Part shown: one piece after another, positions 1 to 10,457 of the stretch
Position numbering within the stretch: position 1 is the stretch's first letter
Layout: each line of letters starts with the position of its first letter
Origin: Candidatus Latescibacterota bacterium
Lineage (GTDB): Bacteria; Latescibacterota; UBA2968; UBA8231
DNA: 64,000 bases
Assembly (NCBI GenBank): GCA_963422735.1
Contig: OY730476.1
Coordinates: 512,001-576,000, forward strand
Direction: 5' to 3'
Program-made: the position numbers and the translations under genes
Notes under the pieces: generated by a model
Seen by the model: the letters and a program-made list of their open reading frames with translations, nothing else
Told to the model about the DNA's origin: nothing
The model's database searches: none

Positions 1-90
1 GTCGAGGCCGATGAGACCAATTACTACATCCGCGACGGGATCGTGGTGGTACCTAAGGACGCGGTGATCCCTTCGGGCACTGTGGTATAA
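1..90 (+). CDS. glgC: 3' end of glucose-1-phosphate adenylyltransferase (partial, runs off the window start)
   Basis: Frame 1 reads VEADETNYYIRDGIVVVPKDAVIPSGTVV*, matching the typical AGPase C-terminus (..Y.IRDGIVVV.K.A.IP.GT.I). Confidence 0.8.
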   Translation, partial: VEADETNYYIRDGIVVVPKDAVIPSGTVV

Positions 91-108
91 AGAAGCGAGC
101 GGGCGTAC

Positions 109-149
109 AAAAAGAGGGACGGGCGTAAAACCCGTCCCTCTTTTCTTTT
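109..149. terminator. Bidirectional rho-independent terminator
   Basis: aaaagagggacggg-cgtaaaa-cccgtccctctttt perfect stem with A/T tracts on both sides, between convergent genes. Confidence 0.85.
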
Positions 150-165
150 ATTCTGCGAAAAAGCC

Positions 166-536
166 CTATTTGAGCAAGGTCATTTTGCGGTTCAGGACTT
201 TGTCGCCAGTGCGGAGTCGATAGAAGTACGCGCCGGCGCTGAGATCTGACGCATCGACGGCGACCGAGTAGGAGCCGAAGCGTATTATTAGCCCGACCTT
301 TTCGGCTGCAAAAAAGGTATTGGGCTGGCCGTCGTAGCCAATGTCGTCTTGGTCAAATTCGTAGTGCCGCTCGCGGAAGGTGCGCGCTTTGTCCAGAGCC
401 AAGAAGCCGGTTCTGAAGTTCCTGTTGATGCCTTGCCATTGCTTGAAGGGCAAGGTCAGGTTGAGCTGGAATTCGCGGTTGCTATAGTGCCAGTCTGAGC
501 GAGGGCGAAGACGACGATGGACAAGCAGTGCTTCAT
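166..536 (-). pseudogene. Collapsed remnant: signal peptide + TonB-receptor-like internal fragment + T9SS/FlgD-type C-terminal domain
   Basis: ATG at 536 with RBS (MKHCLSIVVFALAQ) is out of frame with SDWHYSNREFQLNLTLPFKQW..., which ends in GSYSVAVDASDLSAGAYFYRLRTGDKVLNRKMTLLK (CTD-like). Confidence 0.55.
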
Positions 537-599
537 GGCTGTAAAACCTTCCTTAGAAAGATGTAAGCAAAAAGGATAGAGAGGCTGTGTTGAGAAGCG

Positions 600-628
600 G
601 TTACTCTGAAATCACAATCCGGTGACAA
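600..628 (-). promoter_or_regulatory. Pho box pointing at the divergent remnant gene
   Basis: Minus strand reads TTGTCAC-cgga-TTGTGAT-ttca-GAGTAAC, 11-bp period, similar to the PhoB consensus CTGTCAT-N4-CTGTCAC. Confidence 0.55.
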
Positions 629-660
629 GAGGTCTTGCTATCGTAGGATAAAGGAGAAAA

Positions 661-700
661 ACGTCACCATTTCGTAACAATACTGTAATGATAGCGTCAT
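661..700 (+). promoter_or_regulatory. Tandem Pho boxes (four half-sites)
   Basis: ACGTCAC-catt-TCGTAAC-aata-CTGTAAT-gata-GCGTCAT; GT(C/A)A(C/T) cores at 663, 674, 685 and 696 (exact 11-bp period), upstream of the pst/pho operon. Confidence 0.75.
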
Positions 701-760
701 ATTGCGAGAATTTATTTACTTGGGACAAAAAAGACACAAAGCGAGGGAGATGAAAAAACG

Positions 761-1717
761 ATGCTAATCGCAGTGTTGCTTTTCTGCTTAGCCTCCGCAG
801 TTCAAGCGCAGGAGGGCAAGATCAAGGGCCTTATGTTTGGCGACTACTACTATGTATTGGCCGCCGACAAGGCCGACACTAAGGACTCCCCCAAGCGCAA
901 TGCTTTCCGGTTTCGCCGTCTGTACCTCACATACCAGAAGGATATCGCTACCGACTTTGCGATTCGCTTTCGCCTCGAAGCCAAGGACGCGGGGTTTGCC
1001 CAAGGTGCGAAGATGAGACCTTTCGTCAAGCACTCTTACTTACAGTGGAAGAGGGTGCTGGGCGATGCGGAGCTATACTTGGGGCTTTCGGGGACGCCGA
1101 CTTGGGCGGTTGCCGAAAAGGTCTGGGGCTACCGCTCGGTAGCCAAGACCGCGCTCGATTGGAATGCAATCGGCTCTTCGGCCGACTTGGGCGCGGCCCT
1201 CAAGGGCGGAGCGGGCCGGCTGAGCTACCACCTGATGGTCGGCAATGGTACCGGACAGGGGCCGGAGGACGACCACGGCAAGAAATTCTATGGTTCGTTG
1301 AGTTTCAAGGCTGCGGACCGATTGATATTGGAAGGCTATGCGGACTTTAATGCGAGGCCAGCCGGTCGCAACGAGCGGACCTTCAAAGGCTTCGTCGGCT
1401 GGCAGGGAGCGAGGGGTAGTGCGGGGTTAGAGGTATTCTCGCGTACCAACGAGTTGGCTGGCAATGGCGGTGAGGACCATGTTATCGCCGGGATCTCGGC
1501 CTTCGGCTCACTGCCGCTCGCTGCCGCGTTCAAGGGCTTTGGCCGGTTCGATGTAATGGCCCACGACGCCGAGGATACCACCGATTTGCTCTTCATCACC
1601 GGCCTCGACTACTCCGCGGCTACAGCCGTCCACTTGATGCCCAATGTGCTCATCGAGTCGCCCGCCGGCCGCGATGCCAATGTCCAAGGACGGCTGACCT
1701 TTTTCTACAAATTTTAG
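761..1717 (+). CDS. Outer-membrane beta-barrel porin, probably phosphate-selective (OprO/OprP-like)
   Basis: Signal peptide, FRFRRLYL motif, amphipathic strands, C-terminal aromatic FFYKF; first gene of the pst operon. Confidence 0.7.
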   Translation: MLIAVLLFCLASAVQAQEGKIKGLMFGDYYYVLAADKADTKDSPKRNAFRFRRLYLTYQKDIATDFAIRFRLEAKDAGFAQGAKMRPFVKHSYLQWKRVLGDAELYLGLSGTPTWAVAEKVWGYRSVAKTALDWNAIGSSADLGAALKGGAGRLSYHLMVGNGTGQGPEDDHGKKFYGSLSFKAADRLILEGYADFNARPAGRNERTFKGFVGWQGARGSAGLEVFSRTNELAGNGGEDHVIAGISAFGSLPLAAAFKGFGRFDVMAHDAEDTTDLLFITGLDYSAATAVHLMPNVLIESPAGRDANVQGRLTFFYKF

Positions 1718-1722
1718 TAGTA

Positions 1723-1775
1723 CTGTAACGTATTGTAACACAGGTTTTATCCCTCAGACACGCGGATGTAACACA
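1723..1775 (+). promoter_or_regulatory. Pho-box-like TGTAAC repeats upstream of pstS
   Basis: Three TGTAAC half-sites (cores at 1725, 1735, 1768); phasing is imperfect. Confidence 0.45.
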
Positions 1776-1817
1776 AATCCTGCAATCTTTATAAAATCTA
1801 ACCTAGGGAATGCAAAG

Positions 1818-2789
1818 ATGAAGAAAAAATGGATCGGAGTGGTGCTGATGTGTTGGGTGTTCACCACTGGCGTCCAGGCGCAGACAATCGCCATAGATGA
1901 GCGGATCGCACCCTACGAGAAGGTGCGCGGTCTGTCCGGCAATGCCAGCAGCATTGGCTCGGACACTATGAACAACATGATGGCACTCTGGCTGGAGGCT
2001 TTTCGCAAGTACTATCCCAACGTCAAGATCCAGATCGAGGGCAAGGGGTCGAGTACCGCGCCGCCGGCCCTGATCGAGGGCACAGCCCAGTTCGGGCCGA
2101 TGTCGCGGCCGATGAAGTCGAGCGAGGAGGACAAGTTCGATCGCGCCTTTGGCTATAAGCCAACGCCCTTGCGGGCTGCGCTGGACGCGCTGGCGGTCTT
2201 TGTCAACAAGGACAACCCCATCGAGGGCCTGACCCTGCCACAGGTCGATGCGATTTTCTCCAAGACCCGGCGCGGCGAGTTCCCCAATGACATGACCACT
2301 TGGGGGCAGTTAGGGCTTAGCGACGATTGGGCCAAGGCCCGGATTAGCCTCTACGGTCGCAACTCGGCTTCGGGCACCTATGGCTTTTTCAAGAAGCAGG
2401 CTCTGTTCAAAGGCGACTATAAAGACGAAGTCAAAGAGCAGCCCGGGTCGGCGTCTGTCGTGCAGGGGATTACCGAGGACCGCTTCGCCATAGGCTACAG
2501 CGGCATTGGCTATCTGACCTCGGGCGTGCGCGTCGTGCCCTTGGCCAAGGCCGCGGGACAGGAGTTTAGGCAAGGCTCCATGGAAAACGTACTGAACGGC
2601 TCCTATCCCCTCGGTCGCTTCCTATACATTTATATAAACAAAGCCCCCGGCCAAGCCATGGACCCGCTAATAAGGGAGTTCTGCGCGTTCATTTTCTCCA
2701 AAGAAGGTCAAGAAATCGTCGTCAAAGATGGCTATATGCCCGTGCCGTTTGAAGCAGTACAAGCCGAATTGGCCAAATTGGATATCTAA
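1818..2789 (+). CDS. pstS: Phosphate ABC transporter substrate-binding protein
   Basis: GSDTM, GKGSSTAPPAL, GPMSR and YGRNSASGTY motifs; signal peptide. Confidence 0.95.
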   Translation: MKKKWIGVVLMCWVFTTGVQAQTIAIDERIAPYEKVRGLSGNASSIGSDTMNNMMALWLEAFRKYYPNVKIQIEGKGSSTAPPALIEGTAQFGPMSRPMKSSEEDKFDRAFGYKPTPLRAALDALAVFVNKDNPIEGLTLPQVDAIFSKTRRGEFPNDMTTWGQLGLSDDWAKARISLYGRNSASGTYGFFKKQALFKGDYKDEVKEQPGSASVVQGITEDRFAIGYSGIGYLTSGVRVVPLAKAAGQEFRQGSMENVLNGSYPLGRFLYIYINKAPGQAMDPLIREFCAFIFSKEGQEIVVKDGYMPVPFEAVQAELAKLDI

Positions 2790-2801
2790 AGGAGTGGGTA
2801 C

Positions 2802-5006
2802 GTGACTCCCAAGCCATATAAGCGCGGAATCACGCCGCGAGCGCAAACCCTCGACTGGCTGGCTGGGCGCCTCATCTCCTTTGGCGGCATCGGCATTGTC
2901 GCAGCCGTCTTGGGGATATTCTTCTTCGTCCTCGCCGAGGCTTGGCCCCTATTTCGCGCCCCAGAGCTAAAAGCAGAAAAGGCGCACCTAGTGGCCGGCT
3001 CATTCGCCATTGGGCTCGACCCCTATTACCAGACCACTTATGAGGTTGGCCCCCAAGGGGTGGATTTGTTGCGGCTGGACGATGGCCAAGTAATCAGCCG
3101 CGAGCGGCCAGCCGAGTTGGCAGGCCGCAAGGTAACGGCCGCACAGCGCGTACCAAACGACGTTTTGGCACTGGGAACGGACGACGGCCACCTGCTGTTG
3201 GCGCAGGTCCGCTTCCAGCTCGATTACAGCAGTGGCCAACGGCAGGTGATGCCGCAATTTGCGGCCGAGCGCCTCGTCGCGGTCGATCCGGCAGGCGAGC
3301 CGCTGGTGCAGGTGGCCTTTCGGGAAGGGGAGGACGGCCGCTCGGCCGCGGCGGCGATTACGGCGAGCGGCCGCTTGATGGTGATGGTGGCCGAGCAGCA
3401 GCAGGGCCTCCTGGGGCCGAGCGAGCGCAAATCAAGGCAGTACGAGCTAACAACCGACCTCGACGGCAAGGCCACACAGGTGCTGATTGACGGCCGCATT
3501 CGCCAAGTGCTCGTGGGTACGGATCGGGGGCAGGTGTGCGAGTGGCGGCTGGGCGCAGTGGAGCAAGCGCCGGCGTTTGCAGGGCACATCGCGGTCTCGG
3601 AGGTCGCGGTCTCGGCGCTAGCGTACGCGCTAGGCGATATTTCGCTGGTCGTCGGCGACGCGGCCGGCCATGTCAGCACGTGGTTTAAGGTCGAGGAGGC
3701 CGGGCAGCGGTCGTATCGCAAAATCCACGCCTTTGCCCCCCATACAGCAGCCGTTACCCACATTGCCGCCTCTGCGCGCGACAAGCAGTTTCTCACGGCC
3801 GACGCTGAGGGGGCCATAGCCCTACACCACCTAACCTCTGAGCAGACAGCCTTCCAATGGCCGGGCGACTCCCCGGTAGTCGCGTTGGTCTTCGCACCCA
3901 AGGCCGACGGATTTTTGGCCCTCGGCCAAGACGGGAGATTGCGGCGTTTTGCCCTCAACCATCCCCATCCTGAAATCAGCGCGGCCGTACTATTCGCCCC
4001 CATCTGGTACGAGGACTACCGGGGCCGCGAGTACGTGTGGCAGTCCACTGGCGGCACGGACGAGTTCGAGCCTAAGCTCAGCTTGGTGCCACTGATTTTG
4101 GGCACGGCCAAAGGCACGCTCTACGCCCTGCTCTTCGCTTTGCCCCTGGCGATTTTAGCGGCGATTTACACGGCCGAATTTGCCTCGCCGCGCGTGCAGG
4201 GCTTGGTCAAGCCATCCGTGGAGGTCATGGCCTCGTTGCCGAGCGTCATCTTGGGCTTTCTCGCCGGCTTGTGGCTGGCCCCTTTGCTCGAATCGCACTT
4301 GTTGGGGACCTTGCTGCTGCTGCCGGCGGTGCCGGCTGTGGTAATGGCCGCGGCTTGGGTCTGGCAATACGCCCCGGAGGCTTGGGTACGCCAAGTGGTG
4401 CGGGTGGGGGAGATACACTTGCTCGGTGCGGTAACTTTGCTGGTCGCTTGGTTGGCGTACGCGTTGGGGCCGATCTTTGAGGAACTGGCTTTTGACGGGC
4501 ACTTCCTACGCTGGCTGCGGCAAGACGCGGGCGTTGGATACGACCAGCGCAATTGCTTGGTAGTGGGGTTTGCCATGGGCTTTGCAGTCGTTCCGCTGGT
4601 CTTCACCATCTGCGAGGACGCACTCTCCAGTGTGCCCAGTCACTTGCGCGCCGGATCGCTGGCCTTGGGAGCCACGCCTTGGCAGACGGCAATCAAGGTG
4701 GTGTTGCCCATGGCCCTGCCGGGCATTTTCTCGGCGGGCATGATCGGCCTCGGCCGCGCGGTCGGGGAAACCATGATCGTGCTGATGGCCACGGGCAATA
4801 CCCCGATCATGGATTGGAACATTTTCAACGGCATGCGCACCATCTCGGCCAATATCGCCGTGGAGCTACCCGAAGCGCCGCATCAAGGCACACTCTATCG
4901 GGTGCTTTTCCTCAGTGGCTTGCTGCTGTTTATAGCCACCTTCTGCATCAACTCGCTGGCCGAGGTTGTGCGCCAGCGCTTGCGGGATAAATACAATCGA
5001 CTGTGA
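2802..5006 (+). CDS. pstC: Phosphate ABC permease, long form with WD40-like periplasmic domain
   Basis: C-terminal BPD_transp domain (SLALGATPWQT, GRAVGETMIVLMATGN); beta-propeller-like N-terminal half. Confidence 0.9.
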   Translation: MTPKPYKRGITPRAQTLDWLAGRLISFGGIGIVAAVLGIFFFVLAEAWPLFRAPELKAEKAHLVAGSFAIGLDPYYQTTYEVGPQGVDLLRLDDGQVISRERPAELAGRKVTAAQRVPNDVLALGTDDGHLLLAQVRFQLDYSSGQRQVMPQFAAERLVAVDPAGEPLVQVAFREGEDGRSAAAAITASGRLMVMVAEQQQGLLGPSERKSRQYELTTDLDGKATQVLIDGRIRQVLVGTDRGQVCEWRLGAVEQAPAFAGHIAVSEVAVSALAYALGDISLVVGDAAGHVSTWFKVEEAGQRSYRKIHAFAPHTAAVTHIAASARDKQFLTADAEGAIALHHLTSEQTAFQWPGDSPVVALVFAPKADGFLALGQDGRLRRFALNHPHPEISAAVLFAPIWYEDYRGREYVWQSTGGTDEFEPKLSLVPLILGTAKGTLYALLFALPLAILAAIYTAEFASPRVQGLVKPSVEVMASLPSVILGFLAGLWLAPLLESHLLGTLLLLPAVPAVVMAAAWVWQYAPEAWVRQVVRVGEIHLLGAVTLLVAWLAYALGPIFEELAFDGHFLRWLRQDAGVGYDQRNCLVVGFAMGFAVVPLVFTICEDALSSVPSHLRAGSLALGATPWQTAIKVVLPMALPGIFSAGMIGLGRAVGETMIVLMATGNTPIMDWNIFNGMRTISANIAVELPEAPHQGTLYRVLFLSGLLLFIATFCINSLAEVVRQRLRDKYNRL

Positions 5007-6598
5007 TGAAATTCTGGCGTCGGGGCGACCCTTTTATCTGGCTTACGGGCGGGGCGTTGGTCCTGTGCCTGGCGATGATCGCCGGCTTGGTAGGGATCAT
5101 TGTCTATCACGGCGCGGGCGTGTTTTGGCCGCAGGATTTGACTCTGTTGCACCTCAAAGACAGCCAGCCGATCATGGGCAAGCTGGTGGATCGCCAGCCC
5201 ATTCCCGGAACCGTTGGGCGCTATCGAGTGCAGCTAAAGGTCGGCAACCGCGATGTGTATGGCCAAGACTTTCGCTGGGTGGATGAAGACGCGATTGCCG
5301 AGCGCGAAACGCCAGCCGAGGCCGTGGTCTTTGAACGGGTCGAGTGGGGCGATATGCATGGTTTTATCGCGGCCTTGTACGAGGAGGAGCGGCTGCTGGT
5401 AAAAGGGGAGGGGGTCTGGGAGGCCCTGCAGGATCTGATGGACCAGGCCGGCGAGCTGGGCGAGCGCATCCACGCCTTGGAGCGCGGAGAAATCGGCAAG
5501 CTCAACCGCGCAATAGATGACCTGCGCCTGCAAGAGCGGCGCTTGCAACGCGAGAAAAACGACGCGCAACTCATTGCAAACAAGGTGCGTCGTCAAGCCC
5601 TGTGGGACGAGTACGAAGCCCTGTCGGGGCGCTTGGACGAGCTACGGGCACAGCACGAGTGCTGGGAGGTGGAGGTTGCGCTGGCCGGGGGAGAGCCGCG
5701 CCGCGTCGCCGTGGCGGCCATCGTCCGCGCCTATCGCCCCAATTTGATGAGCACCAAGGCCAAGGTACAGACCTATCTGTCCAAGGGCTGGGAATTCGTG
5801 GCGGGCGAGCCGCGCGAATCCAACACCGAAGGCGGAATATTCCCCGCGCTCTTTGGCACGGTGATGATGGTGGTGCTGATGAGCTTGGCGGCCGTGCCCT
5901 TCGGGATTCTTGCGGCGCTCTACCTGCGCGAGTACGCCCGGCAGGGTTTTTTGGTGCGCCTTGTGCGGATAGCGGTCAACAACTTGGCGGGCGTGCCTTC
6001 CATTGTCTTCGGCATGTTTGGGTTGGGCTTCTTCGTGTACGGCATCGGCGGCAGCATTGACCAGCTCTTGTACGCGGATGCTCTGCCGACGCCCACCTAT
6101 GGCACCGGCGGCATTCTCTGGGCCTCGCTGACCCTCGCCCTGCTGACGGTTCCGGTCGTCATCGTTGCCACGGAGGAGGGCTTGGCGGCCGTGCCGCGGG
6201 AGCAGCGCGAAGGCGCGCTGGCTTTGGGGGCGACCAAATTTCAGATGATTTGGAGCGTGGTGCTGCCCAGTGCTCTGCCGGGCATTCTCACCGGGGTCAT
6301 CTTGGCTACGGCGCGCGGGGCTGGGGAGGTCGCTCCGCTGATGATCACTGGCGTCGTCAAGCTGGCACCGGATCTGCCGCTCGATGCGTTCGCGCCGTTT
6401 TTTCACCTAGAGCGCAAGTTTATGCACCTAGGCTTCCACATCTACGACGTGGGCTTCCAGTCGCCCAACGTGGAGGCGGCCCGGCCCATGGTGTACACCA
6501 CGGCCCTGCTGCTGTTGGCCATTGTATTGCTCCTGAACTTGACGGCGATTGTCGTCCGCAACAAATTGCGCAGGAAATACGCCACAGCGGCCTTTTAG
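5003..6598 (+). CDS. pstA: Phosphate ABC permease, long form with coiled-coil periplasmic domain
   Basis: [29 protein letters not shown] and [10 protein letters not shown] motifs. Confidence 0.92.
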   Translation: MMKFWRRGDPFIWLTGGALVLCLAMIAGLVGIIVYHGAGVFWPQDLTLLHLKDSQPIMGKLVDRQPIPGTVGRYRVQLKVGNRDVYGQDFRWVDEDAIAERETPAEAVVFERVEWGDMHGFIAALYEEERLLVKGEGVWEALQDLMDQAGELGERIHALERGEIGKLNRAIDDLRLQERRLQREKNDAQLIANKVRRQALWDEYEALSGRLDELRAQHECWEVEVALAGGEPRRVAVAAIVRAYRPNLMSTKAKVQTYLSKGWEFVAGEPRESNTEGGIFPALFGTVMMVVLMSLAAVPFGILAALYLREYARQGFLVRLVRIAVNNLAGVPSIVFGMFGLGFFVYGIGGSIDQLLYADALPTPTYGTGGILWASLTLALLTVPVVIVATEEGLAAVPREQREGALALGATKFQMIWSVVLPSALPGILTGVILATARGAGEVAPLMITGVVKLAPDLPLDAFAPFFHLERKFMHLGFHIYDVGFQSPNVEAARPMVYTTALLLLAIVLLLNLTAIVVRNKLRRKYATAAF

Positions 6599-6606
6599 GA
6601 GATGCC

Positions 6607-7389
6607 ATGAGCAAGACCTTAGCCCCGGACGATGCAAATCCCATTGTCGAGGTGGAAAACCTGAGCATGTTCTACGGCGACACTCAGGCCCTGCACGACA
6701 TCGACCTAAGCATTCCCGCACGAGAGGTGACTGCGTTTATCGGGCCTTCGGGTTGCGGCAAATCGACGCTCTTGCGCTGCCTCAATCGCCTCAACGACCT
6801 GATCGAATCCGCCCGCATTGAAGGCGAGGTGTGGGTCAGTGGCCGCGACATTTACGCGCCCGATTGCGATGTGATCGACTTGCGGCGGCGGGTGGGCATG
6901 GTGTTCCAAAAGTCCAATCCCTTCCCCAAATCTATCTACGAGAACGTGGCCTATGGCCTGCGGATTGCCGGGGAAAACCGCCGCTGGGTGCTCGACGAGA
7001 CCGTGGAGAAAAGCCTGAAGGCCGCCGCGCTGTGGGACGAGGTCAAGGACCGGCTCAAAGACAACGCGCTGGGCTTGTCCGGCGGTCAGCAGCAGCGGCT
7101 GTGCATCGCTCGCACTCTCGCCGTCGAGCCGGAGGTGGTGCTGATGGACGAGCCTTGCTCGGCGCTAGACCCGATTGCCACCGCGCGAGTCGAGGAGACG
7201 ATCACCGAGCTGAAGTCCGATTATACCATCATTGTCGTCACGCACAATCTGCAACAGGCGGCGCGAATTTCGACCTATACGGCCTTCTACTATCTAGGCT
7301 CCTTGGTCGAATTCAGCCAGACCGAAGACATGTTCACCAATCCCCGCAGGAAACAGACCGAAGACTACGTAACCGGCCGCTTCGGCTGA
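6607..7389 (+). CDS. pstB: Phosphate ABC transporter ATPase
   Basis: [31 protein letters not shown] and [10 protein letters not shown]; ATG 6607 follows RBS aggag. Confidence 0.97.
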   Translation: MSKTLAPDDANPIVEVENLSMFYGDTQALHDIDLSIPAREVTAFIGPSGCGKSTLLRCLNRLNDLIESARIEGEVWVSGRDIYAPDCDVIDLRRRVGMVFQKSNPFPKSIYENVAYGLRIAGENRRWVLDETVEKSLKAAALWDEVKDRLKDNALGLSGGQQQRLCIARTLAVEPEVVLMDEPCSALDPIATARVEETITELKSDYTIIVVTHNLQQAARISTYTAFYYLGSLVEFSQTEDMFTNPRRKQTEDYVTGRFG

Positions 7390-7403
7390 GGCAGAAGGGT
7401 GCC

Positions 7404-8093
7404 ATGGAACGAAAATTCGACCACCAATTAGACGAACTAAAACAGAACTTATTAAAAATGGGCGGGGCCGTTGAGGAGTCCATTGGGCAGGCCGTGCGCG
7501 CCCTCGTGGATCGCGACGACGAGCTAGTGCAGGCCGTGATTGAGGGTGGGAAGAGAATCGACGATTGGGAAATCGGCATTGAGGAGACCTGCTTGAAAAT
7601 GTTTGCGACCCAAGGGCCGATGGCCAGCGACCTGCGGCTGTTGGCCTGCGTCCTGAAAATCAACGAAGACCTAGAGCGGATCAACGACCAAGCCGTCAAC
7701 ATCGCCCAGCGCGCCGAGGTGCTCAACAAGCTGCCGCTCCTCAAGCCACTAATCGACATCCCGCGAATGTCCGAATTGGCGCAGAGCATGGTCAAGGACG
7801 CCCTCGATGCGTTCGTGCGCCGCGATGTGGAGCAAGCCCGCGCCGTCGGTCAGCGCGACGAGGAACTCGACCTGTTGCGCGACCAGATTTTTCGCGAGCT
7901 GCTGACGTACATGCACGCGCCGTCGATTGGGCCGGACACCATTGACCGCGGCATCTACCTGATCTTGGTGTCGCGACACCTCGAAAGAATCGGCGATCAC
8001 GCCTCCAACATCGCCGAGAACGTGGTGTTCCTCGTCGAAGGGCGCATCGTGCGACACGAAAAGGAAAGCTGGTGGGAAGAAAAAGACTCATGA
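7404..8093 (+). CDS. phoU: Phosphate signalling complex protein
   Basis: PMASDLR, DLERIND and RHLERIGDHASNIAE motifs; start trimmed to ATG 7404. Confidence 0.95.
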   Translation: MERKFDHQLDELKQNLLKMGGAVEESIGQAVRALVDRDDELVQAVIEGGKRIDDWEIGIEETCLKMFATQGPMASDLRLLACVLKINEDLERINDQAVNIAQRAEVLNKLPLLKPLIDIPRMSELAQSMVKDALDAFVRRDVEQARAVGQRDEELDLLRDQIFRELLTYMHAPSIGPDTIDRGIYLILVSRHLERIGDHASNIAENVVFLVEGRIVRHEKESWWEEKDS

Positions 8094-8782
8094 ACGACAA
8101 AATTCTAGTCGTCGAGGACGAGCCCGACATTCTCGCCTTGGTCTCGTACCATCTAGAACAATCCGGTTTTTCGGTCGTGCCAGCCGAGGACGAAGAGCAG
8201 GCCCTAAGCGCGATTGAGCAAAATCTGGTCTGCCTCGTAGTCTTGGATCTGATGCTGCCGGGCATTGGCGGCTTAGAGGTCTGCCGCTTCCTCAAGCAAA
8301 ACCCCCGCACTAAGGACATACCGGTCTTGATGCTGACAGCACGTGCCGGAGAAATCGACCGCATCGTCGGCTTGGAATTGGGTGCAGACGATTACTTGGT
8401 CAAGCCCTTTTCCCCGCGCGAGCTCGTTTTGCGCATCCGCGCCATCTTGCGCCGCGTCGAGGGTCGCGGCGAAGCGGAAGCCGCGCAGATCGTGGCTGGC
8501 CCCTTGGCCATTGATCCGGTGGGATGTCAGGTGCAACTCGACAGCGACCCCATCGAGTTGACGGCGACTGAGTTCAAGCTCTTGACGACCCTTGCGCAGC
8601 GGCGCGGGCGAGTGCAGTCGCGGGAGGAGTTGCTCAAGGTGGTGTGGGGCTACGAGTACATTGGCTATCACCGCACGGTTGATGCGCACATCCGCCGCCT
8701 GCGCGAAAAGCTCGGGGCGGCAGCCGAAATGGTCGAAACCGTGCGCGGCATGGGCTATCGCTTTCGCCGGGAGGGTCGCTAG
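8090..8782 (+). CDS. phoB: OmpR-family response regulator
   Basis: Receiver domain (VVEDE, LDLMLP, KPFSPREL) plus winged helix (RTVDAHIRRLREKL); ATGA overlap with phoU. Confidence 0.9.
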   Translation: MNDKILVVEDEPDILALVSYHLEQSGFSVVPAEDEEQALSAIEQNLVCLVVLDLMLPGIGGLEVCRFLKQNPRTKDIPVLMLTARAGEIDRIVGLELGADDYLVKPFSPRELVLRIRAILRRVEGRGEAEAAQIVAGPLAIDPVGCQVQLDSDPIELTATEFKLLTTLAQRRGRVQSREELLKVVWGYEYIGYHRTVDAHIRRLREKLGAAAEMVETVRGMGYRFRREGR

Positions 8783-10102
8783 GTGCGCCTCGGATGGATC
8801 TTGCTCCTGAGCAACGCGCTTCTGGCCGCGCTCGTCTGGTGGAGTGCTAACATCGCACTCGCGCTCGTGTTGGCCGCGCTCTGGGCTGGCGGCCAAATCT
8901 GGTTCTGGAGCCGCACTGCCCGCCGGCAGGGAGAGCGGCTGCGCCAGCTCGACGAAGTGGCCCTTGACGACCCGGCCCCGGCTTGGGTAGAGGCGTTCCA
9001 TCCCGAGCTTGTGCGCGCCCTAGAGGACCTCGCCGAGCGCATTCAACAGCACGTCGATCAACTAGAGAGCGAAAAGAACCGCTTAGAGGTCATCCTCGAA
9101 AGCATTACCGAGGCCATCTTGGTCATCGACCGCGATGGCCGGGTGGTGCTGGCCAACAAAGCGCTGGCCAACCTGTTTGGCTTAGACCCGCCGCTAGAGG
9201 GGCTATTGACCGCTGAGGTCGTGCGTTACGCGGCCATCCAGGACGCGCTGGCCGGGTGTTTGGCCGAAGGTCGAAGCCGAGAAATGGAAGTGGAACTGAC
9301 CGGTGCCCCGGAGTGCCATTTGGACATGCAGGTCGCGCCCGTCCTCGAAGGGAACAAGTGCATCGGCGCAGTGGCGGTCCTCTACGATATTACGCGCCTG
9401 CGCCAGCTAGAGCGGATGCGCCGCGACTTTGTCGCCAACGTGTCCCACGAGCTGTGTACCCCATTGACAGCCATCAAGGGCTATGCCGAAATTTTGTCCG
9501 ACGGTGCGCTCGACGACCGGGCGACGGCACGCCGCTTCACCGGCATCATCGAGAATCACGCCGACCGCCTGACGCACTTGCTCGGCGACTTGCTCGACTT
9601 GTCGCGGCTGGAGTCAGATCAACTGGAGGTCGAGCTGGTCCCTTGCGAGTTAAAGCCCTTGGTCGATACGTCCGTTGGTTCGGTCAGCCAAGCGGCCACG
9701 CAAAAGCAAGTCGCCATTCATTGCGACATTTCGCCATCTGTCAAGGTGATCTGCGACCCCAAGTTGATCGAACAAGCCCTCATAAACTTGCTCGACAACG
9801 CCGTCAAGTACACGCCCGCCGGCGGGAAAGTCCGCATTGGTACGCGGTCTGTAGAGGGCGCTGATCGCCTGGCGATTTACGTCGAAGATACCGGCATTGG
9901 CATCCCCTCCGAGGACTTGGGCCGGATTTTCGAGCGCTTCTACCGGGTTGACAAGGGGCGCTCGCGCGCCCTCGGCGGCACTGGACTCGGGTTAGCCATC
10001 GTGCGCCACATCGCCGAGGTCCACGGCGAGCAAGTGACCGTGCAGAGCAAGTTAGGGGCGGGGACGATCTTCAGCTTTGAGTTGCAGGGCCGTGGTGCCT
10101 AA
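8783..10102 (+). CDS. phoR: Sensor histidine kinase (PAS-HisKA-HATPase)
   Basis: DFVANVSHELCTPL H-box, NLLDNAVKY, FERFYRVDKGRSR and GGTGLGLAIV. Confidence 0.9.
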   Translation: MRLGWILLLSNALLAALVWWSANIALALVLAALWAGGQIWFWSRTARRQGERLRQLDEVALDDPAPAWVEAFHPELVRALEDLAERIQQHVDQLESEKNRLEVILESITEAILVIDRDGRVVLANKALANLFGLDPPLEGLLTAEVVRYAAIQDALAGCLAEGRSREMEVELTGAPECHLDMQVAPVLEGNKCIGAVAVLYDITRLRQLERMRRDFVANVSHELCTPLTAIKGYAEILSDGALDDRATARRFTGIIENHADRLTHLLGDLLDLSRLESDQLEVELVPCELKPLVDTSVGSVSQAATQKQVAIHCDISPSVKVICDPKLIEQALINLLDNAVKYTPAGGKVRIGTRSVEGADRLAIYVEDTGIGIPSEDLGRIFERFYRVDKGRSRALGGTGLGLAIVRHIAEVHGEQVTVQSKLGAGTIFSFELQGRGA

Positions 10103-10457
10103 AGTTGCGATATTGCGCTGGGCATTGGCTGCTTTAGCGGCTGGCTGCGCTGGCGAGAGCGACGACGGCGCGGTGGGCAAGGCCCTCTTTACCCGCAATG
10201 GGTGCGCGGTGTGCCACGGCCCGGAAGGTCGCGGCGATGGCCAGATAGCAGCGACGCTCCAGCCGCCCCCCCGCGATTTCCGCGATCCCGCAGCCTACAA
10301 AAACGGCCACAGCAAGGCAGCCATCGCCCGAACGATTCAGAAGGGAATGCCCGCTACTGCCATGCCGGGCTATCCACATCTCTCGGCGGAGGAACGCGAG
10401 CGGATTGCCGCTTATATCCGCTCTTTGCTAAAGAAGAAAAATGAAGACACGCCTTAG
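10095..10457 (+). CDS. Monoheme cytochrome c lipoprotein
   Basis: Lipobox LAAGC, CAVCH heme motif, distal Met in TAMPGY; overlaps the phoR stop. Confidence 0.85.
   Translation: MPKVAILRWALAALAAGCAGESDDGAVGKALFTRNGCAVCHGPEGRGDGQIAATLQPPPRDFRDPAAYKNGHSKAAIARTIQKGMPATAMPGYPHLSAEERERIAAYIRSLLKKKNEDTP

Noticed and set aside
750-767. Frameshifted porin start (ATG AAA AAA CG ATG; one more A would give MKKTMLI...)
   Set aside because: The RBS abuts ATG 750 but is acceptably spaced for ATG 761; slippage or sequencing error cannot be judged without reads
6250-7403. Long N-terminal extensions of the pstB (6250) and phoU (6831) ORFs
   Set aside because: They overlap upstream genes in other frames; real starts with RBS are at 6607 and 7404. 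Similar trimming was applied to other ORFs in the track
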